Sequence record: LC768500.1
Direction: 5' to 3' (one strand)
Length of the DNA: 64,000 nucleotides
Positions 1 to 8,753 of this stretch are shown piece by piece. The translations under genes and the position numbers were made by a program. The notes beneath the pieces were generated by a model that ran no database searches, was not told where the DNA came from, and worked only from the letters and a program-made list of their open reading frames with translations. Every line of letters begins with the position of its first letter. Position 1 is the first letter of the stretch.

Positions 1-1
1 A

Positions 2-355
2 GGTGTTTCGGCGATATTCATCGACGAGGTTCAGTTCGTTCCAGTGCGAGTGCTTAGCGCGATCATGGTAATGTGTGACACCATGGATATTCCTCTTCTC
101 TGCTACGGTCTCCGTAACGCTTATGATGGTAAGGGATTCCCGGGATCTGATTTCTTATTACGTCACGCTGATAAACTGGTTGAATGCAAATCGATTTGTT
201 GGTGTGGTAAAAAGGCGACCCACAACATGATGGTTGTCGATGGGAAAGTGGTAAGGGAAACCACGTCAGGGGGAAATATGGTTGTCGGCGGTAATGAACT
301 GTATCACGCCGTTTGCAGGTATCATTTCTTCGAAGGCAAATACAAAGAAGATTAA
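2..355 (+). CDS. tdk: Thymidine kinase, 5'-truncated by the window edge
   Basis: Frame is open from base 2: IFIDEVQF (Walker B), CYGLR, FPGS..LL..AD, Zn-knuckle C-x-C (ICWCG) and Y-x-x-x-C-R-x-H, all type II TK motifs. Confidence 0.92.
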   Translation, partial: GVSAIFIDEVQFVPVRVLSAIMVMCDTMDIPLLCYGLRNAYDGKGFPGSDFLLRHADKLVECKSICWCGKKATHNMMVVDGKVVRETTSGGNMVVGGNELYHAVCRYHFFEGKYKED

Positions 356-375
356 CTTATATTTATTTTGAGATC

Positions 376-393
376 TACATTATCATGGTGTAA
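376..393 (+). promoter_or_regulatory. Putative early (vRNAP) promoter TACATTATCATGGTGTAA
   Basis: Matches 56687-56704 (TATATTACCATGATGTAA) at 15 of 18 positions; both precede T-rich leader + AGGAG + ATCATG; resembles the phiKZ early TATTAC consensus. Confidence 0.55.
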
Positions 394-433
394 GCATAGT
401 ACGTTTTTATTTTCCTTTTTAGGAGTTAACATC

Positions 434-928
434 ATGATGAGCCAACTTGTAAATATTCTGAGTGAACACAGATCGGCGTTTATTTGGCCTTCCAACATCC
501 TTCAGTTAGAAGATGAATACTTCTATCTCTCGGTCAAGATTACGGAGAGTGGTGTGGTCAAATGTATCTTCCGGAACAAGCTCACCAAAGACGTCCGTAA
601 GTTCGACTTCTCTGATAGCATTTTTGATAAAGAGGGGTTATGGGATTACTTCAATGCGATCGGCAAAGAAGTCTACGCCATTGGGATTGACTACGGTAAA
701 GGGTTCCAGCTGAAGATGTTGTTTGAGCCGATTAAGGCGATGATCACCGATAAGGCACATAAGCCTTATAATGGACATCTTCCAAGAGACGTAAGAGCAC
801 CACTATTTTCCCCGGTTAACGCCCACAGCATTTATCTCGACGAAAACGGCGAAGTCACACTCGATGGCTTCGAATGGGCTTCTCGTGGATTGCAATTAAA
901 AATCATCGAAGAGCTCTTAATTAACTAA
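434..928 (+). CDS. Hypothetical protein
   Basis: ORF track 368-928; AGGAG at 421-425 favours ATG 434. Confidence 0.75.
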   Translation: MMSQLVNILSEHRSAFIWPSNILQLEDEYFYLSVKITESGVVKCIFRNKLTKDVRKFDFSDSIFDKEGLWDYFNAIGKEVYAIGIDYGKGFQLKMLFEPIKAMITDKAHKPYNGHLPRDVRAPLFSPVNAHSIYLDENGEVTLDGFEWASRGLQLKIIEELLIN

Positions 929-971
929 TTAATGTTATGCTAATTAGCTCATCACTGTAAAGAGGATTAAG

Positions 972-1448
972 ATGAAAAACCTGCTCGATTTAGTGCTCAA
1001 ATTTTTCATTGGGCTTAACCCAGGCCTGGCCGTACTGATGGAAGGTGGTTCGATCGTCAATGTGGTTGAAAAACCAGAAATCGATCGTTACGCCGGTGAT
1101 ATCATGCGTCCGGACGGCACAACCAAGCTTCTGTCGGTAACCTGGAAACCGGGTACATTTAAAGGCGTGTTCGGCCTCGATCCAGCCTTTGCTCCCGTCA
1201 CGCAGGATGAAGCAGGCACCACTGAAGGTATCTTCCTGAAGACCGACGGCACGCCTTACTTTGCGTTGACGGCTGAAAATGCTACCGAAGCCAAAATCGA
1301 AGAAATCCTCGGATATGCTTTCGAAGAAGGTACGGTCGCAGTAGACACCGAAACCAAAAAGGTCAGCTTCGCAACGTCTACCATCGTTGCTGAAATCGAT
1401 CTGGTCGTTATCGAAGCGGCTCCGGTGGCCGACGGCCAACTGCCGTAA
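972..1448 (+). CDS. Hypothetical protein, possibly virion-associated
   Basis: 158-aa ORF, GAGGA RBS, strongly biased codons, followed by a hairpin. Confidence 0.75.
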   Translation: MKNLLDLVLKFFIGLNPGLAVLMEGGSIVNVVEKPEIDRYAGDIMRPDGTTKLLSVTWKPGTFKGVFGLDPAFAPVTQDEAGTTEGIFLKTDGTPYFALTAENATEAKIEEILGYAFEEGTVAVDTETKKVSFATSTIVAEIDLVVIEAAPVADGQLP

Positions 1449-1456
1449 TAAGTAAC

Positions 1457-1490
1457 CTACTCCTACGTCCTTAACGGGGCGTAGGAGTAG
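1457..1490 (+). terminator. Intrinsic terminator hairpin
   Basis: CTACTCCTACGTCC-ttaac-GGGGCGTAGGAGTAG just after the stop codon. Confidence 0.75.
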
Positions 1491-1553
1491 TTCGTTAATT
1501 ATAACTGACTTTTTTAATATATAACCACCAACGTTCATTTAGGACATAACACC

Positions 1554-1760
1554 ATGTTGTATGACGCAATTGAAGTTTGTTTTATCGTAATCTCCATTCT
1601 TTCCTTTATCTGGGTAATGAAGAAGAAAGGAACTGGGGCGATGTTAATTATTGCGTTTTCTATTGTTGTCGTGGCAGGATGTCGTTATCAAGATAACGCC
1701 GATACCGAACAAGCTTTAGAGCATCCAAAATATACCAAATCTAACTGCGGCTGTTTATAA
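1554..1760 (+). CDS. Small membrane protein (two hydrophobic segments, lipobox-like VAGC)
   Basis: 68-aa ORF with AGGA RBS. Confidence 0.65.
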   Translation: MLYDAIEVCFIVISILSFIWVMKKKGTGAMLIIAFSIVVVAGCRYQDNADTEQALEHPKYTKSNCGCL

Positions 1761-1772
1761 GAGGAACTGATT

Positions 1773-2066
1773 ATGTTTTATGATTTAGTCAAGGTTTGCA
1801 AGGAACTCGTATTTTCTCATACCTTCAACGAAAGCAATCCTGACAAGGGTTACTTCGATACCTGGAAGTGGCGTAAGTTACTCATTAACGTGGTAAGCGT
1901 AACGTATCACACCCCTAAGCTTGCCGCGCTCAGTCCGCTCTTAAAGGCTATTTCCAGTAAGCAAGACGGGCTGACAATTTCCCCACAAACCGACAGCCAA
2001 GGACGGGTCACGCGAATTACGGTGACACACAATAATAAATCAGTGGGTTTCAGATTCAAACGTTAA
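1773..2066 (+). CDS. Hypothetical protein
   Basis: 97-aa ORF, GAGGA RBS, operon spacing. Confidence 0.7.
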   Translation: MFYDLVKVCKELVFSHTFNESNPDKGYFDTWKWRKLLINVVSVTYHTPKLAALSPLLKAISSKQDGLTISPQTDSQGRVTRITVTHNNKSVGFRFKR

Positions 2067-2079
2067 AGGAATAATCGTC

Positions 2080-2652
2080 ATGGGATACATCGAGCTTAAA
2101 CACGGAACTGATAAAGACTACGTTCCCTACCGCACCAATGACATCTACGAATTAGATGAAGATATCACCGTCTTAACCGACGATACTCGGGTTATCGACG
2201 AAAATAAAGAAACCTACTTTTTTGTGCCAGGGGTGGACGCAGAAAACATCAAGGTTAAGGTCGGTGACGTGAACCAGTTTTTACTTTTCTGGCCCGTGAA
2301 GGAAGGGGTTGAAATCAGACTTGTTTCGTTTGGGACTGGTAGAAAAACCACAAAAGTGGTTGGGTTCCTCATGACCGAGTTTCATCACCATTCCATTTAC
2401 GCCAGCGTGTTCTCGTCCCTGCTGCATCGAGAATCGAAAATGAATTTCCGCAGTAATAAACTGGCTACAGGGATCATGTGTAAATTACTTCACCGGTGCC
2501 TCAAAAGCTTTAAGCTCAAGCATCCTTCGCTCGGACGTATCTATCTCGATATCGTATCTGATAACGGTGTTATTAAGTACGTTAACCAACACGGTAATTT
2601 TAGTGGATTGTATTATCGATTCAATCCAGGATTTAAACCAGAATTACGCTAG
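2080..2652 (+). CDS. Hypothetical protein
   Basis: 190-aa ORF, AAGGA RBS. Confidence 0.75.
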   Translation: MGYIELKHGTDKDYVPYRTNDIYELDEDITVLTDDTRVIDENKETYFFVPGVDAENIKVKVGDVNQFLLFWPVKEGVEIRLVSFGTGRKTTKVVGFLMTEFHHHSIYASVFSSLLHRESKMNFRSNKLATGIMCKLLHRCLKSFKLKHPSLGRIYLDIVSDNGVIKYVNQHGNFSGLYYRFNPGFKPELR

Positions 2653-2660
2653 GAAAAAAT

Positions 2661-3203
2661 ATGTCAGATATTATCGCTTACAATAAAGCGCGGCTGGTTA
2701 ATGGGTTTGAACTCGTTTGCCATCATCGCACTATTCACCTGTTCGAAGATGTTTTCGAGAAGGGCAGGTACAATAAAGAGTTCGTTGCTAAATTTGACGA
2801 ACTGGAAGTATTTTTGGATGTTCGTTACGCGATCATCTTAGGGAGAAAAGATAAAGATCTCACACTGCATCTAATTCGCAGTAATGCAGCTCGTGAGATC
2901 GTCAGCTGGGATTATCATTACAAGTCCAATGATAACCGATCTGACAATTGGAAGATGGAGGCCATCGGGCAGTTTATCATCAGTGACATGGAGCAGGGGT
3001 ATTTCTCCCTCTCCCCTGGTTATCGAAGTGATATCAACGACCTACTGACTTATATCGGTGGTCAAGAGAAAGAGGTCAATATTCGCAATACAGAAATCAG
3101 CGTCAGTGAGGGTAAATTTAACTTCGTAGGCCGTAACGGACAGATCGGCCCGGGTTTGTTATCAGAGACCAAACCCGTTAACCTCATTAAGTTGTGGGCA
3201 TAA
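2661..3203 (+). CDS. Hypothetical protein
   Basis: 180-aa ORF, AGGA RBS, terminator follows. Confidence 0.75.
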   Translation: MSDIIAYNKARLVNGFELVCHHRTIHLFEDVFEKGRYNKEFVAKFDELEVFLDVRYAIILGRKDKDLTLHLIRSNAAREIVSWDYHYKSNDNRSDNWKMEAIGQFIISDMEQGYFSLSPGYRSDINDLLTYIGGQEKEVNIRNTEISVSEGKFNFVGRNGQIGPGLLSETKPVNLIKLWA

Positions 3204-3242
3204 TAATAACTCCTACTCCCGATAAGGGAGTAGGAGTTATTA
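3204..3242 (+). terminator. Intrinsic terminator hairpin
   Basis: 17-bp perfect stem TAATAACTCCTACTCCC-gataa-GGGAGTAGGAGTTATTA followed by a T-run. Confidence 0.85.
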
Positions 3243-3272
3243 ACTTTTTTGTTTTTAGAATAGGAGGGTGTA

Positions 3273-4526
3273 GTGCACGATGATTTTTATGACCGCCATG
3301 ACCACGTTTTCGTTTTCGTGCAAAAATTTGATTTAGCTCATCCTGAACTAATAGACCGAACCGTAGAGGAGAAATTCGAAATTTATACTAAGGACTATCC
3401 CGATTATGATTGTTGGGCTCAACTGGTTTATTATTTCAAGGACGGCGGGGTGTTTTCACCAGAAGGGGTGAGACTTTCAATGAGGGGGATGGTGGTTTCT
3501 CCGTTGAAAAGACTCAACCGACCCATCCACGAAAGAATAAACGAAATGGTGTTCAGGGAAGGGGCGAAAAAACAGTCAGGTTATCCTAGGATAATGATCG
3601 GCGATTTAGGACTTTCAATGCACAGACTGATCGCATCTACTTTCATAAAAAGACCCGATCATTTAAAGCTTATCCCATTTATGCTTTTACACGTCAATCA
3701 TAAAAATGGGATTAAGAACGATTACAGACCTAATAACTTAGAATGGACTACTCCTAAGGAAAACGCGATCCATAGCGCCATGACGGGACTCACGCCACAG
3801 GGACTAGCCCACACAAAAACAATATCGGTACTCGGGTTCTTCTCTTTACCAGGAAAGTGGTTCGGGAAAACCATTTCATTTAGTGGAAATAAAGAGATTA
3901 ATTCCGCAGAACTGTTTTCTCAAACAATGATACACGAAAAGGTTAGGGAAGGTGGGTTGTACAAGGGTTTTAAGTGGATTAGCGTATCTGAAGAAGAGTA
4001 TAACAACCATCCACACGGTTTAGAAGATCCAGAATTTAAGAGATTTATCGACGAAGGGGGAAACACTTACCTTGATGAAAGAACTAATTTTCTTATAGGG
4101 ACAGTGATTCACGAATGCGCTTATAAAGGGCTGCAATTTATTATTTTCGGTGAAACAATGATCGAGCGTAACGGATTCCCGGCTAATCGTTTAATGGAGT
4201 TTTATAAATCCAAAGAATCGGATTCTTATTTATCAAAGGGATGTCTTTTTGTGAGGGGGGATCTGTCCGACCTTGAAAAATTTCCGCGTGGAATACCCGA
4301 TGAGCTGGTAACCATTTTATCTAGGGAGAGGGGAGATAAGTTCTATCCCGTGATCGCCAATAAAGATGGAGAGGATAAGTTATTTGCATCTAAAGAAGAG
4401 TTATCCGCGAACGGGTTTATTTATAAAGAGGTTAAGAAAAATATACGGGGAGAGACGGGAAGTCATAGGGGTCACGCATTCAGATGGGCGGAACGATTAT
4501 CGGGGTCGTTCCAACCGTCAGACTAG
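3273..4526 (+). CDS. Free-standing HNH homing endonuclease with C-terminal DNA-binding repeats
   Basis: MHRLIASTF...HVNHKNGIKNDYRPNNLEWTTPKENAIH is an HNH_3-type motif; GTG start with AGGAGG RBS. Confidence 0.88.
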   Translation: MHDDFYDRHDHVFVFVQKFDLAHPELIDRTVEEKFEIYTKDYPDYDCWAQLVYYFKDGGVFSPEGVRLSMRGMVVSPLKRLNRPIHERINEMVFREGAKKQSGYPRIMIGDLGLSMHRLIASTFIKRPDHLKLIPFMLLHVNHKNGIKNDYRPNNLEWTTPKENAIHSAMTGLTPQGLAHTKTISVLGFFSLPGKWFGKTISFSGNKEINSAELFSQTMIHEKVREGGLYKGFKWISVSEEEYNNHPHGLEDPEFKRFIDEGGNTYLDERTNFLIGTVIHECAYKGLQFIIFGETMIERNGFPANRLMEFYKSKESDSYLSKGCLFVRGDLSDLEKFPRGIPDELVTILSRERGDKFYPVIANKDGEDKLFASKEELSANGFIYKEVKKNIRGETGSHRGHAFRWAERLSGSFQPSD

Positions 4527-4626
4527 GACGTATCATGTGGTCCGCTGGCACGGGTAACCTCAAAGACACCATTGGACAAAGTAAACCCATCCCCGCCTCT
4601 CCAGAAATCACTGGTTAAACTTTATA

Positions 4627-4656
4627 ATAACTACCGGGAGATTTCCCGGTAGTTAT
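4627..4656. terminator. Bidirectional terminator between convergent genes
   Basis: ATAACTACCGGGA-gatt-TCCCGGTAGTTAT. Confidence 0.8.
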
Positions 4657-4659
4657 CAG

Positions 4660-6708
4660 TCAAAATAAATCCATGACGTTAGAGAGATATTTATTTAACG
4701 GTAATGTTTCTGATTCATTATTCATGATATCAAATGACTCATTGCCGTCTATAACACGTAATGCTGGGTTATTAAGAGAACTCTGAGCTAATAATTGCTC
4801 GACGTTCTCTTTAGACCACTGCATGATATCTACGCTTCTGGTCATGATGTTTATTTCATTTCCAGTATCGAGTTCAATTAACCAGAAGAAACAAGGGGCG
4901 TCCTGCCCCTGTCTAAAGATCCTCGCCTTGGTTTGTTTCATTTCGTAATCGCGCCAAGGGGCGTCCATCATAATCTCCTGATTTGCAACGACCATGTGCG
5001 CCCCTTCCTTTAGGGTCTTAAAGGTCGTAACCCCAGGATTATACGTCGGATCATCAGTGAATATACTAATGAGTTTCTCTTTACTTAATTCTGCGTCCCC
5101 GTAAACGAGTAAGGGTTTTAATCCCTCTTCCTTAAGATAAGTGTTAACTTCATTAAGGACGTCGACATAAGAAGTAAAGATTAATGTTTTCTTTTCTACC
5201 TGATTAATAAGCCCTGGAAGATTAGCATGCCTTACTACTGATCTGACCGCATCAATCCTCGCTTTACCCAAGACATTCCCTAACGCCTCACCTTTGATCT
5301 TTAATCCCACATATTTTACTGCTGATTTAATATTTCTGAATTGTTTCAGTTTATCTCCTCGTAAGCGGGCTTCAATATCGATCTCGACGTTCTTAGCATA
5401 TTGAGAGTCTTCGGAGTCGGTGAAGTTATTATATCCTTGTGTTCTGAACTTATTAACGATCTGACGATAACGAACCAATCTTCCTAATTGGGATGGATCG
5501 TCTTTTACATAATGTTCGTAATCTTCCAGAACGTGATTAAAGAAATTGAGGAACGTTGGCATGTTTGTTTCGTAAAACTTAACACGCTGTTGTATGTAAG
5601 CTAACATGTCAAGTCGTATTGCTTTTAGAGTGAATCTTTCTCCGCCGGGTACGACGACTGGAAGCATGACTACGTCAGGTTCTTCATCTAGCCCCACAAC
5701 GCTGTCTATGACGTATCTCGTCTTTCCTAAGCGATGGGCGAGCAATTCATTGAGTTTATCTCTGGACAAGCCATAGGACTTCAGGAAGCGTTCTCGGGCA
5801 TTGCCTTTAAAGAATGGATCGATCGCACAGAACATCGGATATGTTTCTTTCCCGGAATTTTTTAACAAGGTTCCGCTCATAGGCAGAGCGTCTTTAAAGT
5901 CGAAGTGGTCTACAACGGAAATCAAGTTTTGCGTTTGTTTAGAGGAAAGTTCGTTAAAGTTATGGCTTTCATCGATAACAAGGTCGACCCCACCGTTGCC
6001 AGCAAACTCAAAAATGCGTTCCACCGCTTTAAAGAAATCCGGTGATCGGGTGGCTTCGATATGGAATACGTAATATTCGGCGTCTCTATCCAACGGTCTA
6101 TTTTGTCGAGTGGTCCAGTATTTGGGGGGAGTGACGAATACCTTTTCTTCAATGTGAAATTTCCAAACTGTATTTAGCACAACGTCAGGAGCAATAATGA
6201 TATGTTTCTTATTCCCCGTCAGACGCGTCCACATTAAGGCCGTAGGCGTTTTTCCTGAACCAGGTTTAGCGTCTAATAGCAATCCCTTTAGGTGATAAGA
6301 TGACTTAATTCCTTTATACATTTCTAAGAACCCCATCTGAGTAGGATGTGGTTTTATTTTAAACTGCTTTAAAAAAGAAGCTTTGTCTATCGGATAAGCT
6401 GTAGGGGTAACGGTATCCTTTATCCAAGTATCCGTTCTGAGTTTAATTTGGAGTTCGTTAAGGTTCTTGCGACTACTCCAGGTATTTCTTGACTGGAGTA
6501 TCTTTGTTATTAGATGATCCAACTCCAATAAGAAAAAGTTATCCGTAACGAACTTATTGGACCCAACACGTCTGAACATATAACGACCTGGCGTGCTTGT
6601 ACCATACGCGGTCTGTATGTCGTCATTAAAGTTACGGAAGTTAACATGATTGATTTCCGTAATAGTCGGTCCTTGTTTAACATCAGGCCCAAAGATATAG
6701 TTTAACAT
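4660..6708 (-). CDS. Superfamily 2 (SNF2/DEAD-like) helicase
   Basis: DAKPGSGKT (motif I), VIDESHN (II), MSGT (III), QTKARIFRQGQ (VI); start ATG 6708 or TTG 6714. Confidence 0.9.
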   Translation of the reverse strand: MLNYIFGPDVKQGPTITEINHVNFRNFNDDIQTAYGTSTPGRYMFRRVGSNKFVTDNFFLLELDHLITKILQSRNTWSSRKNLNELQIKLRTDTWIKDTVTPTAYPIDKASFLKQFKIKPHPTQMGFLEMYKGIKSSYHLKGLLLDAKPGSGKTPTALMWTRLTGNKKHIIIAPDVVLNTVWKFHIEEKVFVTPPKYWTTRQNRPLDRDAEYYVFHIEATRSPDFFKAVERIFEFAGNGGVDLVIDESHNFNELSSKQTQNLISVVDHFDFKDALPMSGTLLKNSGKETYPMFCAIDPFFKGNARERFLKSYGLSRDKLNELLAHRLGKTRYVIDSVVGLDEEPDVVMLPVVVPGGERFTLKAIRLDMLAYIQQRVKFYETNMPTFLNFFNHVLEDYEHYVKDDPSQLGRLVRYRQIVNKFRTQGYNNFTDSEDSQYAKNVEIDIEARLRGDKLKQFRNIKSAVKYVGLKIKGEALGNVLGKARIDAVRSVVRHANLPGLINQVEKKTLIFTSYVDVLNEVNTYLKEEGLKPLLVYGDAELSKEKLISIFTDDPTYNPGVTTFKTLKEGAHMVVANQEIMMDAPWRDYEMKQTKARIFRQGQDAPCFFWLIELDTGNEINIMTRSVDIMQWSKENVEQLLAQSSLNNPALRVIDGNESFDIMNNESETLPLNKYLSNVMDLF

Positions 6709-6738
6709 CACCAATCACCCGTTATTAGGAGTAGTAAA

Positions 6739-8016
6739 ATGAATTCTGTCGACATCAACACCTATAAGAAATTCTTCTCTGCTGTTGCCGCTGAACTGTT
6801 CAGTAATCTGGAAGATCTCAAAATCGTTTCCCATCGTCACGCGCTGTTAAATATTCTGTTTATCGACGGGATCAAAATCAGTACGGGTGAACGTCGCCGT
6901 TATGCCTTCCACGAAAAGCATCTGAAGGCGGTCAAAGAACGCATTAACCTGGGCGACTTCTCTTTCCTCGATGAGCAGGTTCGGGATAAAGATTTCCAGC
7001 CGCGACAGTATAAAGGCGTCGAAATCGATCACGCTTACGGCTATGTGGTCAGCGCGGTCCCGGTCTTCACTTCCATGGAACAGCGCGGCACCGGCGATAA
7101 GGAATTCGACAACATGACCACCGGCCAGCTGGCACGCGTTGATCAGTGGTTCACCGACTACGCTAAGAAAGAAACCGACCAGCTGAAAACCATCGCCGAT
7201 CTTACCGAAGCCTGGGGTAAATTCACCACGACGGTCAAGGATCACGATCTCTACTTCGGATTCGACATCGAAGATCATAAAATCAGTCTGACGCTGGATA
7301 AAGCACCTCCTATCGCTGATGAGATCAAGATCCTTCGTCAGCCGGTTACTCTGGAGCAAATCGCCGAGTTCTCTGAAGATGACCAGAAACACATCGCCGG
7401 TGTTCAGGCTGCCATTGACAAGATGAACGAACTCACTTCTGAGTTCTTCGGTATCGAGCTGGGTAACAAATACCTCACCCAATTCCGTGAGCGTATTTGG
7501 GAACAGAACTTCTCCATGCCGCTTCAGTACCAGACCAACATCGTCTATGAGTTCACCGATAACACGCCTGAAACTCGTGCCCTCGTAGAGGAACAAGTCG
7601 AAAAGGCCATCAGTCTGCTGAAAGATAAAGAAGCTGAGCTGGGTAATCGCGTCTACCTCGACACTAACTCGCTGGCGACCTTCGTTATTAACGAAGAAGG
7701 CGCTAACGAATACTACGATTACCCAGTTGTCCGTGAGATGTGGTCGAAGTTCGTTCGTTCGTTCGGTAAAGCCATCCTCAACCTGATGAACCAGACCGAA
7801 TCGGTTTACTTCAAACCCTACATCTCTAAGGTAACCAAAGTGGAAACCGAAGATACTGTAGCGGCGCCGGCTCGTGGCGAAACCCCACATCTGGTTGCAG
7901 TGGATGAACCGGCTTTTGTAGATGGTGATGCAGAAGTGGCGGTTGAGGGCGATTCTGCCCAGGATGAAACCTATGCGCTCGAAGGCAACGCTCAGGCTCC
8001 TAGTCAAACCGTTTAA
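6739..8016 (+). CDS. Hypothetical protein with acidic C-terminal tail
   Basis: 425-aa ORF, AGGAG RBS, strong C-ending codon bias. Confidence 0.85.
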   Translation: MNSVDINTYKKFFSAVAAELFSNLEDLKIVSHRHALLNILFIDGIKISTGERRRYAFHEKHLKAVKERINLGDFSFLDEQVRDKDFQPRQYKGVEIDHAYGYVVSAVPVFTSMEQRGTGDKEFDNMTTGQLARVDQWFTDYAKKETDQLKTIADLTEAWGKFTTTVKDHDLYFGFDIEDHKISLTLDKAPPIADEIKILRQPVTLEQIAEFSEDDQKHIAGVQAAIDKMNELTSEFFGIELGNKYLTQFRERIWEQNFSMPLQYQTNIVYEFTDNTPETRALVEEQVEKAISLLKDKEAELGNRVYLDTNSLATFVINEEGANEYYDYPVVREMWSKFVRSFGKAILNLMNQTESVYFKPYISKVTKVETEDTVAAPARGETPHLVAVDEPAFVDGDAEVAVEGDSAQDETYALEGNAQAPSQTV

Positions 8017-8034
8017 TCGATAACGCAAAGAAAC

Positions 8035-8066
8035 TATTCCTCCTACCCTTACGGGTAGGAGGAATA
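8035..8066. terminator. Bidirectional terminator
   Basis: TATTCCTCCTACCC-ttac-GGGTAGGAGGAATA between convergent ORFs. Confidence 0.8.
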
Positions 8067-8083
8067 TATTTCTGTTATTTTTT

Positions 8084-8743
8084 TTACGGCGTTTGTTCAT
8101 TCTTAGCGGCTATTAATGCAGCCTCTAATTCCTGAATGTACAATTGTTGTTTGGTTATGGTTTCGGCTTGCTTAGCAAGTTTGATTTGATCCGTCTCTGC
8201 ATTAGCGATAGCGTTAAGCCGAGTAGATTCAAATATTTCCGCGTCTTCTTTCGACACATAAGCCCTGGTAGGAATACTACCAATGTAGCTCTTCGCGTTG
8301 ACAAGTCCGAAGTTAGTTTTCGCGTAATCTTGGAAGTGATCGATCAACGTGTTAATTTTATCCGCCATCTGAGGAGGGCATGCCCCCAGGTCGGTGTAAA
8401 CAACAAATCTTTCAAAGATCACCCCGTCAATTAGGGGAAATGATTTGATATAGGTGCTGGGAATATAAACCGGAGATCCGTTTTTAGAGGTCAGGGTAAT
8501 GATTGCCCCGTTATTCTCTTCTACGAGATCTAAGATACTTTCATAAGCATCTTCCGAAATCCCTACTGGTTCGAACATCAATCCCCAAACATCAATATTC
8601 CTGTTTCGGAACTGTGCCGCCGTACAGACGTCTTCCACTTTATAAAAGATGGACTCGTCGACCACTGTTGTAAAGGGTGTGATCGCGGTAAATTGTCCCG
8701 CGGCATAGAGTGAAGGAATGACGTTTTTATCAGTGTCTGCCAT
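8084..8743 (-). CDS. Conserved jumbo-phage protein, probably virion-associated
   Basis: 219-aa ORF downstream of the 445-aa gene; GAGG RBS; gene-order inference. Confidence 0.65.
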   Translation of the reverse strand: MADTDKNVIPSLYAAGQFTAITPFTTVVDESIFYKVEDVCTAAQFRNRNIDVWGLMFEPVGISEDAYESILDLVEENNGAIITLTSKNGSPVYIPSTYIKSFPLIDGVIFERFVVYTDLGACPPQMADKINTLIDHFQDYAKTNFGLVNAKSYIGSIPTRAYVSKEDAEIFESTRLNAIANAETDQIKLAKQAETITKQQLYIQELEAALIAAKNEQTP

Positions 8744-8753
8744 GGACTAACCT

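Noticed and set aside
990-1538. 182-aa antisense ORF and the many other 60-200 aa opposite-strand or shifted-frame ORFs in the track
   Set aside because: Fully nested in better-supported genes, with no RBS or recognisable motifs
4527-4655. In-frame extension past the HNH TAG, and the 63-aa ORF 4366-4557
   Set aside because: No motif or RBS; open by chance and runs into the terminator hairpin
6847-8100. 417-aa antisense ORF
   Set aside because: Mirror frame of the strongly codon-biased gene 6739-8016; no RBS or motif, and it would run through the terminator
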